Shown here one piece after another: positions 9,144-17,725 of a stretch of DNA of 64,000 bases. Source of the stretch: an archaeon (GTDB taxonomy: Archaea; Nanobdellota; Nanobdellia; Woesearchaeales; GW2011-AR9). Location: NCBI GenBank assembly GCA_002688265.1, contig NZCK01000007.1:104739-168738 (forward strand), given 5' to 3'. Within the stretch, counting starts at the first letter, position 1. Each line of letters starts with the position of its first letter. A program made the translations under genes and the position numbers. Under the pieces are notes generated by a model. The model was given only the letters and a program-made list of their open reading frames with translations. It ran no database searches and had not been told where the DNA came from.

Positions 9144-9481
9144 CTGGTAAGAAAAAGAATAAACTGAGCTATTTTAATTATCCCTTTTTAGATTTTGTAA
9201 AGAAAAAGAAATGGGCCGAGGTAGGGCCCAGAATATTTTTTTGTTTTTTAGAGGTGGTTTGAAGTATACTCAAGATAAGAGGTATGAAGTCAACTTGAGT
9301 ATAGTAATAAGGTAGCGCTCATCATTTATAAATAAGGTCAAAGCATAGTATAGAGTCTAGAACCATAAACCTTTTAAAGAGAAAATTAGTTTTTGAGTGT
9401 TACTTACAAGTAGCATTAATATTATAGTGGTGATTTTTGGAATTTAACAGTTACTTGTTACAAATTTAGGGGGAATCATAG

Positions 9482-10234
9482 ATGTTTACTTTATTCGAAA
9501 CACCAACTTGGTTTGCAGGATTTGATTTAGTGCTAGACACTATTGCATTAATTATTACTTTGATCATTAGCAGTTACAGTTACAAACTGTTCAAATTAAG
9601 TAGTAATCGCAAATTCGGATATTTTAGTTTAGCATTCGCTTTAATGAGTTTAGCATTTCTCTTTAAATTAGCAACTTACACAGTAGTGTACTTTTCAACT
9701 TCAAGGGCACTAGCTGGAGCAACAGTAGTCGCAGTAACAGGATTAACAGGATTAGAAACAGTTAATGTTTCCCTAAGAGATCTGATCTATCGATTTGGAT
9801 TCTTTGTACAAATGGCATCTACACTTGGTGCTTTGCTATTGCTTTATTTGGTTTCACAAAAATCTCGAGACAGATTAAAGAAATTTTATGAAGTTAGTCA
9901 GATTACACTCTTTACTTATTTTGTTATCTTAATCAGTATTGTGGCAACTTTCAAATACACAGTATTTTACCTAACCAGTTTTGTCTTACTAGCATTAATT
10001 GTCCTTAATTATTATCAGAATTATCTGCATAAAAAAACTACCAACAGCAAAAGAGTATTAACAGCATTCATTTGTTTGTTTTTAGCACAACTGTTTTTTG
10101 TGTTTATCTTTGCTGCTAACTGGTTTTACTTCATTGCAGAAATATTAACCTTAGCAAGCTTTGCCATTATAGCTTATGTTTACATGCAAGTAAGTCGCAA
10201 ACAAAAGCCTAGATCTGTTGAGGTGAAAACATAA
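9482..10234 (+). CDS. integral membrane protein (about 7 predicted TM segments)
   Basis: Hydrophobic segments run throughout. GGGGGA SD upstream. The stop overlaps the next start (ATAATG). Confidence 0.6.
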   Translation: MFTLFETPTWFAGFDLVLDTIALIITLIISSYSYKLFKLSSNRKFGYFSLAFALMSLAFLFKLATYTVVYFSTSRALAGATVVAVTGLTGLETVNVSLRDLIYRFGFFVQMASTLGALLLLYLVSQKSRDRLKKFYEVSQITLFTYFVILISIVATFKYTVFYLTSFVLLALIVLNYYQNYLHKKTTNSKRVLTAFICLFLAQLFFVFIFAANWFYFIAEILTLASFAIIAYVYMQVSRKQKPRSVEVKT

Positions 10235-10521
10235 TGGCAGGTGGACGCAGGTCACGATTAGAATTAGTTTTTGATATTTTAGCTGCAATCCAAAACAAAG
10301 GTGGCAGAATCAAACCAACACACTTAATGTACAAATCAAATCTTTCACATAAATTGTTGAATAATTATTTGGAAGAATTGCTTGAGAAAGAGATGGTAGA
10401 AGTACACGAAATTCAACAAAAGAAAACTTTATCCAAAATGATTCATATCACAGACAAAGGTCTTGGATTTGTGGAAGAATTCCGTCGAATGAGGGAATTT
10501 ACAGACGCGTTTGGATTGTAG
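10234..10521 (+). CDS. small winged-helix DNA-binding protein
   Basis: RSRLELVFDILAAIQNKGGRIKPTHLMYKSNLSHKLLNNYLEELLEKEMVE has the pattern of archaeal wHTH proteins. Translationally coupled to the membrane protein upstream. Confidence 0.5.
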   Translation: MAGGRRSRLELVFDILAAIQNKGGRIKPTHLMYKSNLSHKLLNNYLEELLEKEMVEVHEIQQKKTLSKMIHITDKGLGFVEEFRRMREFTDAFGL

Positions 10522-10583
10522 AATTTTAGTTTTAATATTTTTCTTGCTTAATATATTTAAAGTATTGATGATTGAGTGTTGTT

Positions 10584-11255
10584 ATGGTATCTAAGATCTT
10601 GGTAGGTGTGGATGAAGCCGGTCGAGGGCCAATAATTGGGCCACTAGTCATGGCAGCGGCAGCTATCCGTGAAGAAGATCTCAAAAAGTTACAATACTTA
10701 GGGGTTAAAGACAGTAAACTGCTTTCCAAAGAAGCACGCGAAGAAATGTTTGAAAGGTTGCACGAAATTCTACTTGATTTTCGAATTGAATTAATTGAAC
10801 CAGATGCAGTGGATAGTGCACTTGGAGATCCTACATCAAATTTGAACTGGTTAGAGGCTGAAACTTCTGCTCGCCTTGTGAGCCAATTAAACCCATCAAT
10901 TGTGTATGTGGATTGCCCTAGCCGTAACATTCAAGCTTATACAGATTATTTTAAGAATAAATTGTCTGCAGGCGTCGCCGAAGCCTGCGAAATTGTCATG
11001 GAACACAAAGCCGATGAAAATTATCCCATTGCTGCTGCTGCTTCCATTTTAGCTAAAGTAATTCGAGATCGAGCAATTGAACATTTGAAGACTGAAATTG
11101 GTGAAGATTTTGGATCAGGATATTTAGGTGATGAAAAAACACGTAAATTCTTAGAAAAGAATTATGAGAAATACCCAGATATCTTTCGTAAATCTTGGAA
11201 ACCTTATGCAGATTTGGTTGAAGATAAAAGACAAAGGAGATTAGGAGAGTTTTAG
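10584..11255 (+). CDS. rnhB: ribonuclease HII
   Basis: GVDEAGRGPIIGPLVMAA, then DSKLL and AAASILAK. I prefer the ATG at 10584 over the TTG at 10572. Confidence 0.88.
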   Translation: MVSKILVGVDEAGRGPIIGPLVMAAAAIREEDLKKLQYLGVKDSKLLSKEAREEMFERLHEILLDFRIELIEPDAVDSALGDPTSNLNWLEAETSARLVSQLNPSIVYVDCPSRNIQAYTDYFKNKLSAGVAEACEIVMEHKADENYPIAAAASILAKVIRDRAIEHLKTEIGEDFGSGYLGDEKTRKFLEKNYEKYPDIFRKSWKPYADLVEDKRQRRLGEF

Positions 11256-11270
11256 ATTTCTACTACTAAA

Positions 11271-11425
11271 GGTTAGGTGAGGGCGAACGCGCGGCCCTAC
11301 GCTAAAGCAGATAATAAAACTTTGATTTCGACCTGAGCCACACAAAGTTTGGCGAAGTTGAGAAGTGGAACTTAAGCCCGGCCGCGTTCCGAGGAGCACG
11401 TAAGTGCAACGATGCCTCACCTAAC
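11271..11425 (+). rRNA. putative divergent 5S rRNA (expanded beta domain, truncated gamma domain)
   Basis: Terminal helix GGTTAGGTGAGG/CCTCACCTAAC and helix II CGCGGCC/GGCCGCG. The segment GGAACTTAAGCCCGGCCGCGTTCCGAGGAGCAC resembles the canonical 5S stretch GGAAGUUAAGCCC..GCG.UCC as I recall it. The island is about 35 nt longer than a normal 5S. Confidence 0.5.
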
Positions 11426-11478
11426 TTAATCAGAATTTTACCCGCAAACTTTAAAACCCCAAAAAAGTTTGTTTAGTT

Positions 11479-12303
11479 ATGGTTGTATTTACAGGGGTGG
11501 AATATGCAGATATTTCTTTTTTGTTAAAAAAAGGATTTGTTGAAACTAATCCAAAAACTATTCACGAAATAACTCGCTTTAACAAAGGAGTTAAGAAAAA
11601 AGTGATAGGTATATTGTATGAATCAGGAAAATTCTTCATCCAAGGAGATGCTGACTGGGTTGAAAAAACTGCACATTATCTTCGTAGTAAAAAAATTGGA
11701 TCTGAAGTTAAACCAATTAAGTTTCGTGAAGAACTAGGTAGAGTAATTGGCTCAGATGAAAGTTTGAAAGGAGATACTTTTGGCGGAATTGTAATTGCAG
11801 CAGTCAAAGGTGATGATGAAATCCGTGAGAAGTTACTTGCAATAGGAGTTGCTGATTCTAAAAAATTTGCAGACAAAGAGATTTTACGAATGGCTGAAGA
11901 AATCAAAAAAGTGGCACACTGTTTTGTGATTAACATTTACCCAGAAGATTACAACCAAGAAAATTCTGTAACTGAAATTTTGAATCGCTTACACAAACAA
12001 GCAGCATTGGAACTGTACCCTGGCTACCATGTAGTTGATAAGTATCCTGGCTGCAGAGTAGGAGATTTTGCAGAAACTAAAGCCGAAAGCAAATGGGTAG
12101 AAGTTGCCGCAGCATCAGTTTTGGCCCGAGCTGTAGCAGTTAAACAACTGAACTCTCTTTCTGGAAAAGCAGGATTTACATTACCTAAAGGTTCAACCCA
12201 TGTAGCATGGGCCTTGCAGGAGTTGAAAGAGCGAGGATTGGAACCAGAAGAATTTGTGAAACTGCATTTTAAGAATGTCAAAGATTATTTCAATAATCTT
12301 TGA
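11479..12303 (+). CDS. RNase HIII-like ribonuclease (RNase HII/HIII superfamily with an N-terminal extra domain)
   Basis: GSDESLKGDTFGGIVIAAV resembles the RNase HIII motif GSDESGKGDYFGPL. ADSKKF and AAASVLAR also fit. An N-terminal domain of about 85 aa precedes the catalytic core. Confidence 0.6.
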   Translation: MVVFTGVEYADISFLLKKGFVETNPKTIHEITRFNKGVKKKVIGILYESGKFFIQGDADWVEKTAHYLRSKKIGSEVKPIKFREELGRVIGSDESLKGDTFGGIVIAAVKGDDEIREKLLAIGVADSKKFADKEILRMAEEIKKVAHCFVINIYPEDYNQENSVTEILNRLHKQAALELYPGYHVVDKYPGCRVGDFAETKAESKWVEVAAASVLARAVAVKQLNSLSGKAGFTLPKGSTHVAWALQELKERGLEPEEFVKLHFKNVKDYFNNL

Positions 12304-12374
12304 CGTCTAGAAATCTTGATTTCTTTGAATGTGCAAACTTTTTTAAAGGATTAATTTCGTTCTCGTACGTTGTG

Positions 12375-12749
12375 ATGGATATTACTTATTTAGAAGACGA
12401 AGAGACTGTCGCCGAGACTGTAACAGAAGCTCTGCGCTGCGTAGGATATAACCCATTTCATGAAAGGTGTGCTCAAGCTTTACTGGATAGAGTGAGTTGT
12501 GGAGTTGATCCTGGAGCTTGTTATTTATTAGATGAATTAAATAATGTAGAAACTAACCCAGACAATGTAACAGGTAGTCAAGTTGCTCTGGAATTAATGG
12601 CACAAGACTCAAGTGCTAGAATCGTTATAGGAACTGGTTGCAGTATTGATGAACTGCCACCAGAAGTACAAGAAGCAATTAATCATGGGAAAATCACTTA
12701 TCTTCGAAAACCATTTCGCATGGCAGAGTTGGCAGGCATGTATGATTGA
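12375..12749 (+). CDS. receiver (REC)-like domain protein, degenerate
   Basis: From the ATG at 12375: ITYLEDEETVAE..., with a C-terminal ITYLRKPFRMAEL resembling the KPF end of CheY-like receivers. The acidic pocket is not clearly conserved. Confidence 0.4.
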   Translation: MDITYLEDEETVAETVTEALRCVGYNPFHERCAQALLDRVSCGVDPGACYLLDELNNVETNPDNVTGSQVALELMAQDSSARIVIGTGCSIDELPPEVQEAINHGKITYLRKPFRMAELAGMYD

Positions 12750-12755
12750 AGGTGT

Positions 12756-13640
12756 TCAAAGGTTCAATGCCGCAGTTTGCCTGGCAATCTGCACCAAATA
12801 TTCTGCTAAAGTTTTCATGTTAAAGCGAAGCTCAGTATCTTTTATTTTTTCAAACCACTTAAAGTGCGGCTGTAATTCTGCTATTTCTACAAATTCTTCA
12901 TTAGAGTAATTCACATACAAGGAATGAACGTTTGCTATTAATATTGGTATTTTGGAAAATTCTTTTTGAACTTCTTTTTCAATTTTTATTTTCCTCTTCT
13001 CTCTTTCAATATATCTTCGAATGTATTCAATGTGATTTGCAGCAAGTTCTAAGAATACAACAACCATATATGAATAATGAGGATATTTATAACCTGTCCG
13101 ATTAATTACTCGTTTACAAAACATAGTGTATTTGTTAATAGAAAATTCTAAATTTTGAATCTCTTTTAGACGAGAAAAATCTCTTTTCTGCAATATTTCA
13201 TTCATAATAATACCCATCTGAGAGAGGATATGAAAACATCTCTGTAATATTATTGGAAACTCAGTGTCAAGTTGTTTACTGATTGATTTAATTAGTAATT
13301 TGTTTTTTTGAGTTTCAACAATCTCAAAACCCAACATCCAAGGCATGCACCCTTGAATTGTTGCCAAAGTTTTGGGATCTTTGTAAGTTAATTCTAATTC
13401 ATCGTAACCAGAAGTGTAAGCTGGTTGCAACATTCTCCAAACTAGTTCAATTGATGATGAAGAAAGATGAATAGACGTTTTTTTCTCATAAATTTCTTTG
13501 TTAGATCTTAAAACTAAAGTATTCTCGACTTCTGAGAAGTTTACTTGATCACCTTTATTGAGATTATGCCTCTTTATCCATTTACTAGGAATGGTCACCA
13601 TTAAAGTGTGTTTACCCATTTGAACTAGTTTTCTTTGCAT
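12756..13640 (-). CDS. AbrB/SpoVT-domain plus PhoU-like regulator
   Basis: The N-terminus KLVQMGKHTLMVTIPSKWIKRHNLNKGDQV is an AbrB/SpoVT swapped hairpin. The rest is helical, as in archaeal PhoU-like regulators. Confidence 0.6.
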   Translation of the reverse strand: MQRKLVQMGKHTLMVTIPSKWIKRHNLNKGDQVNFSEVENTLVLRSNKEIYEKKTSIHLSSSSIELVWRMLQPAYTSGYDELELTYKDPKTLATIQGCMPWMLGFEIVETQKNKLLIKSISKQLDTEFPIILQRCFHILSQMGIIMNEILQKRDFSRLKEIQNLEFSINKYTMFCKRVINRTGYKYPHYSYMVVVFLELAANHIEYIRRYIEREKRKIKIEKEVQKEFSKIPILIANVHSLYVNYSNEEFVEIAELQPHFKWFEKIKDTELRFNMKTLAEYLVQIARQTAALNL

Positions 13641-13735
13641 TATTTGGAAAAATGGCTTTTTCTTTATAAACTTGCTGAAAAAAACTTATACTTTTAAGCT
13701 AAAAGTTTAAGTTTAAAATAGTTTCTTGTGATATT

Positions 13736-14080
13736 ATGAAACTTTTTGACATAGAAGCAATTGAAGGAATGAAAAAGGTTTGTAGCCTCAAAGAAGGTTC
13801 GCCACTTAAGATTTATCGAATTACTTACCCAAGGATTTGGAATGGAGATGATTGGCATTTTCACCCCCAAGGATATGAATATTACATCCCACTAACTGGA
13901 CAGATAACAGTCTTAGTTGAAAGTAAAGAAGTAATTGTTTGCGCAGGAGAAATGCTTTGCGTTTATCCCGGGGAAAAACATCGAGTTGTGGGTGGAAGCT
14001 CAGATCAAGACACAATTGTTATTCGTCAAGAATTTTTGAAAAATGACAAAGTGATTGTTGAGGAAAAAAAGAATGATTAA
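13736..14080 (+). CDS. cupin-domain protein
   Basis: HFHPQGYEYY..G and PGEKHRV match the two cupin motifs. Confidence 0.6.
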   Translation: MKLFDIEAIEGMKKVCSLKEGSPLKIYRITYPRIWNGDDWHFHPQGYEYYIPLTGQITVLVESKEVIVCAGEMLCVYPGEKHRVVGGSSDQDTIVIRQEFLKNDKVIVEEKKND

Positions 14081-14735
14081 AGCAATAATATTTGATATGG
14101 ACGGAGTCCTCATTGATTCGCCGAAGTATAACTGGGAAGCATTTAATCAGATACTACAAAAGAAATATGGCGTACAGATCCCCATGCAGAAGAAAAAAGA
14201 AAGGTATCTAGGAAGAAGTTTAAAGGAACAATTAGAAATGATTCGCTACGATTATAACATTAATGAAGAAATTAATGTTTCAGAATTTTCTAAAGAAGCA
14301 AGAACTATTCAAGAACAATTGATGAAAAATATATTAGTTCCGAACCCAAACATCTTGAATCTTATTTCAGAAGCCAAAAAACAAGGAATTAAAGTTGCTG
14401 TAGCTACATCTAGTTCTAAAGACAGAGCAATTATGATATTAAGTAAAACAGCAGTCTATGAGAAATTAGATGTATTTGTTAATTGCGAAGATGTTAAACA
14501 ACACAAACCACACCCTGCATTATATTTAGAAGCTGCAACACAATTAGAAATTGATCCAAAACAATGCTTAGTGTTTGAAGACGCTTACAGTGGAATTTCT
14601 GCTGCGCAAGCTGCAGGAATGAAAGTAGTGGGTCTGGTGACTGATTTTCATAGCGCAGAAGAATTAGAACATACTGATTTAGTTATTTCTAATTTTGCAG
14701 AAATTTCAGTGGACAAATTACAGCAATTGTATTGA
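14073..14735 (+). CDS. HAD-superfamily hydrolase (beta-phosphoglucomutase-like subfamily IA)
   Basis: IIFDMDGVLIDS (motif I), ATSS (motif II), and FEDAYSGISAAQAAGM (motifs III/IV). ATG at 14073. Confidence 0.8.
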   Translation: MIKAIIFDMDGVLIDSPKYNWEAFNQILQKKYGVQIPMQKKKERYLGRSLKEQLEMIRYDYNINEEINVSEFSKEARTIQEQLMKNILVPNPNILNLISEAKKQGIKVAVATSSSKDRAIMILSKTAVYEKLDVFVNCEDVKQHKPHPALYLEAATQLEIDPKQCLVFEDAYSGISAAQAAGMKVVGLVTDFHSAEELEHTDLVISNFAEISVDKLQQLY

Positions 14736-14746
14736 TAAATTAGAAC

Positions 14747-16561
14747 TTAATGCACTGAACTTACACCACTCCTTTTCTCTACATTAAGGATATGGTTTAC
14801 AAAACCCTCCATCATAGCTTCGTGTGAAACTATAAGAATCTGTTTGAGACCAATGGTTTCTAAACAATCCCTTAATCGTTGAAGTTGTTCCGCTGAAAAA
14901 CCATCAGTTGGCTCGTCAAGAATTAACAGTTCTTTAGTATTGATTTGTTGCATAACATGATTAATCGCTTTGGTGAGGGCTAAACGGTACGCTAGAGAAG
15001 CTGCTGTGCGTTCTCCACCAGAGAGATAGGCAAAAGCAATTTCATGACCTTGCTGCTCGATAATTGGTGCGAAACCAGAATCTAAGCTAGCAGAAAGTTC
15101 ACTCCCTTCAGTTAAAATCTCAAACCACTCACTAAACAATTCATTACAATAATGATATATCTTTAACATTATTTCTCTTTCAATATGCTGGGTTAAAGGA
15201 ATGAACTTTCCGTCGATCCACCTAGCCAATTCTTTGGTTTTTAGTAAATTTGTTTTGATTTTCCGTAATTGCTGTAGTTCTACTTGCAGATTATCTAAGA
15301 TTTGCTTTTGATGAAGCACTATTTGATCTTGCTTTGAAAGTCCAATTTTCTTTGATTCAAGATTATTACGCGCTAATTCTAAAGAATTCTCAAATTCTAA
15401 AAGTCTTTTTGCATCATCTGGCAAAGTTTGAAGATTTGTTTCAATATTTTTTAGTGTAATTAATTGGCCAGAGAATTTTTGATTCAATGTTGATTGTTCT
15501 ATAGTTAATTCAGATACCTGATTTTTTAACTGAACCGCAAGCAAAGTCTGTTCTTTTCTGTTTTGCAAAGAAGCTATTCTTTTCTGAAGATCTTCACGCA
15601 GAGGAAGCTTTAAACTTAAGAATTCTTGAAATTTATCCATTAAAGAATTATTTTCTATTACTTTTTCTTTAAGTTTGGAGTTACTTTGCTCGTGGTGTGA
15701 GACAAAGGCTTTCAAAGAAGCTTGTTCTTGAAGTAATTTATTCTGGGTTTCTTGAATCTGTTTTAACTCTCGCAGCCTAGTTAGAACTGATTTTATACTC
15801 ACTTGTGCTGCTTGTTCTTGATTAATTAACTGGTCTTTTGTTTGCTGTAACTTTTGAGTATCCTCACTAATCTGCTGCTTTATCTTATTGCAATGATCTT
15901 CTGGCACTGATTGCTCACAAGTTGGACACTTAGTTAAAAATTCAATCTTTTGTTTTTTCTGAGTAAGATCATATAATTGGTTTTGGCAAGTGGCTTTTTT
16001 TAGTTGGATTGAATTTGTTTCTTGATCTAAATTCTCTTTTTCTTTTTCTAAGCTTTCTTGAGTTGCTAAGACAGGCTTATTTGCTTTTATTTGATCATTG
16101 ATTGCACTAAGCTTGTTTTGTGATTCTTTGGATTTAGTTATTTCAACTTGCAATTCTTTGATCTGAGATTGTAATTGCGCACTTGTGCTCTCAAAATGAT
16201 GTTTTTCTACAGTTATTTGATCCAATTGAGAGTGAACAGAATCTGCCTCTTGATTAATCATCTCAATAGAATAAGAATCATCGATTAATAGTGCTTTTCG
16301 CTTAGAATCTACTTGCTTTATCTTTTCTGCTAATCTCGTTTGTTGCTCGGCCAAATCTGTTTGAGATCTTTGAATTACTATCTTTTCGTGTTGAAGTTTT
16401 TGGCGAGTTTGATTAGACTTCTTTATCTGGTCAACTAATTTTTGCTGTTTCTCAAACACCAACTGCAATTCCTGTTTGATCTTAATTAATTCTTGTTGCT
16501 CTCTTTGACTTGTTGAAAGTGCATCTTGTGCTACTAACAACTCTTTTTCTTTTTGAGGCAA
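14747..16561 (-). CDS. rad50: Rad50/SbcC-type ATPase, coiled-coil + zinc hook + C-terminal ABC half (downstream fragment)
   Basis: Long Q/E/K-rich coiled coil, CPTC zinc hook, LSGGERTAASLAYRLAL signature and LILDEPT Walker B. It is in the same frame as 16610..17161, separated by a single TAA. Confidence 0.75.
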   Translation of the reverse strand: MPQKEKELLVAQDALSTSQREQQELIKIKQELQLVFEKQQKLVDQIKKSNQTRQKLQHEKIVIQRSQTDLAEQQTRLAEKIKQVDSKRKALLIDDSYSIEMINQEADSVHSQLDQITVEKHHFESTSAQLQSQIKELQVEITKSKESQNKLSAINDQIKANKPVLATQESLEKEKENLDQETNSIQLKKATCQNQLYDLTQKKQKIEFLTKCPTCEQSVPEDHCNKIKQQISEDTQKLQQTKDQLINQEQAAQVSIKSVLTRLRELKQIQETQNKLLQEQASLKAFVSHHEQSNSKLKEKVIENNSLMDKFQEFLSLKLPLREDLQKRIASLQNRKEQTLLAVQLKNQVSELTIEQSTLNQKFSGQLITLKNIETNLQTLPDDAKRLLEFENSLELARNNLESKKIGLSKQDQIVLHQKQILDNLQVELQQLRKIKTNLLKTKELARWIDGKFIPLTQHIEREIMLKIYHYCNELFSEWFEILTEGSELSASLDSGFAPIIEQQGHEIAFAYLSGGERTAASLAYRLALTKAINHVMQQINTKELLILDEPTDGFSAEQLQRLRDCLETIGLKQILIVSHEAMMEGFVNHILNVEKRSGVSSVH

Positions 16562-16609
16562 AGGCTCTGAGCGAGTCGTAAGAACAGTGATCTCTTTTCT
16601 TAAGGTTTT

Positions 16610-17161
16610 CTAATATAAAATAATATTGTCCCTGACTAATTTGTATCTTTCAACTTGAAAAATTTTTCTTAAAATGTCTAAACGATTGTCATCTGACTCT
16701 TGCAAAATTTGTTTCATCTCTTCTTGTGGACAATAAATAGTATAACGATAAACATAATTTTTTCCCTTGCTAATTAACTCTTTTGGATAGGCTAAAATTT
16801 CAATCATCTTGGCCTTAAGTTCTACGGCAGTGAGTTCGTATTTTTGATTGTTCTGAATGATGTAACCAGTTCCTTGCCTTACTCCTTGCTTGGTTTGTTG
16901 CAATGTTCGGTAGATAGTAATAGGATGATTGTTGATGTTGAAATTTAAGGTAACACTAGCTTTAGTTGCTCCTTTTCTAAGTAAAGAATCTGCAGGTAAG
17001 TCTGGTCTGGCTGCCCCAAACAAAGCAAATTCAATTGCATGAAGAATAGTAGATTTACCAGAACCAATGTCGCCTGCCAGCAAGGTGATTCCTTCTTGAA
17101 AATGGATTGTTTGCTCCTGGAAGGAGCGGATATTGTTGAGATTTATGGAGTTTAGAAGCAT
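16610..17161 (-). CDS. rad50: Rad50/SbcC-type ATPase, N-terminal Walker A half (upstream fragment)
   Basis: NNIRSF..LLAGDIGSGKSTILHAIEFALFG is the Rad50 N-terminal ABC lobe. It ends at a TAA that is in frame with the next ORF. Confidence 0.75.
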   Translation of the reverse strand: MLLNSINLNNIRSFQEQTIHFQEGITLLAGDIGSGKSTILHAIEFALFGAARPDLPADSLLRKGATKASVTLNFNINNHPITIYRTLQQTKQGVRQGTGYIIQNNQKYELTAVELKAKMIEILAYPKELISKGKNYVYRYTIYCPQEEMKQILQESDDNRLDILRKIFQVERYKLVRDNIILY

Positions 17162-17272
17162 GTGTTTTGTGAGTTCTCTTTGCCTTAAAAACGTTTATGT
17201 TGTGGGGTAGTTAAGAAAAATTAGATGATCTTGGTCACAAGCTTTATAAAACAGGACAAAGAATCAAAGAAT

Positions 17273-17686
17273 ATGAAATCTTACGATGATTTACTTTCAA
17301 AAGCGTACAGTGAACTACCTGAACTTATGCAAGGAGACGACAGATTCACTATTGAAAAAGTGAAAGGTCATCTAGAAGGAAGCAAAACAGTAATTTCTAA
17401 CTTAAAGCAAATTGCAAAAGGACTGAATCGCGATCCTGAACACTTGTTAAAATATCTATTGCGAGAAACTGCTAGTGCTGGAAAATTTCGAGGCGATAGC
17501 GCAATCTTTGCAGCAAAAATAGGCGCTGGGACTTTCAATAAGAAAATAAAGAAATATGCTAGTGAATTTGTAATCTGCAGTGAGTGTGGAAAACCAGACA
17601 GTACCCTTGATGTAGAACGAGGAGGCATTAGTTATTTGAAATGCCAAGCTTGTGGTGTGAAGAAACCAGTTAAGAGTATTAAGTGA
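17273..17686 (+). CDS. eif2b: translation initiation factor 2 subunit beta (aIF-2beta)
   Basis: YDDLLSKAY.., then a C-terminal zinc ribbon (CSECGKPDS..CQACG). ATG at 17273 preferred. Confidence 0.88.
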   Translation: MKSYDDLLSKAYSELPELMQGDDRFTIEKVKGHLEGSKTVISNLKQIAKGLNRDPEHLLKYLLRETASAGKFRGDSAIFAAKIGAGTFNKKIKKYASEFVICSECGKPDSTLDVERGGISYLKCQACGVKKPVKSIK

Positions 17687-17725
17687 GCATAGTTGTTCGA
17701 AATTAAAAAATATTTTTCTTTTACA

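Noticed and set aside
10532-10930. ORF 10532..10930 (-, 132 aa).
   Set aside because: It is entirely antisense to the well-supported rnhB gene, and its translation is Ser-rich with no motif.
16607-16609. The in-frame TAA in rad50 as evidence for stop-codon reassignment or programmed read-through.
   Set aside because: TAA is the normal terminator of many well-supported genes in this window, and no other gene shows internal TAA. A point mutation or sequencing error is more parsimonious.
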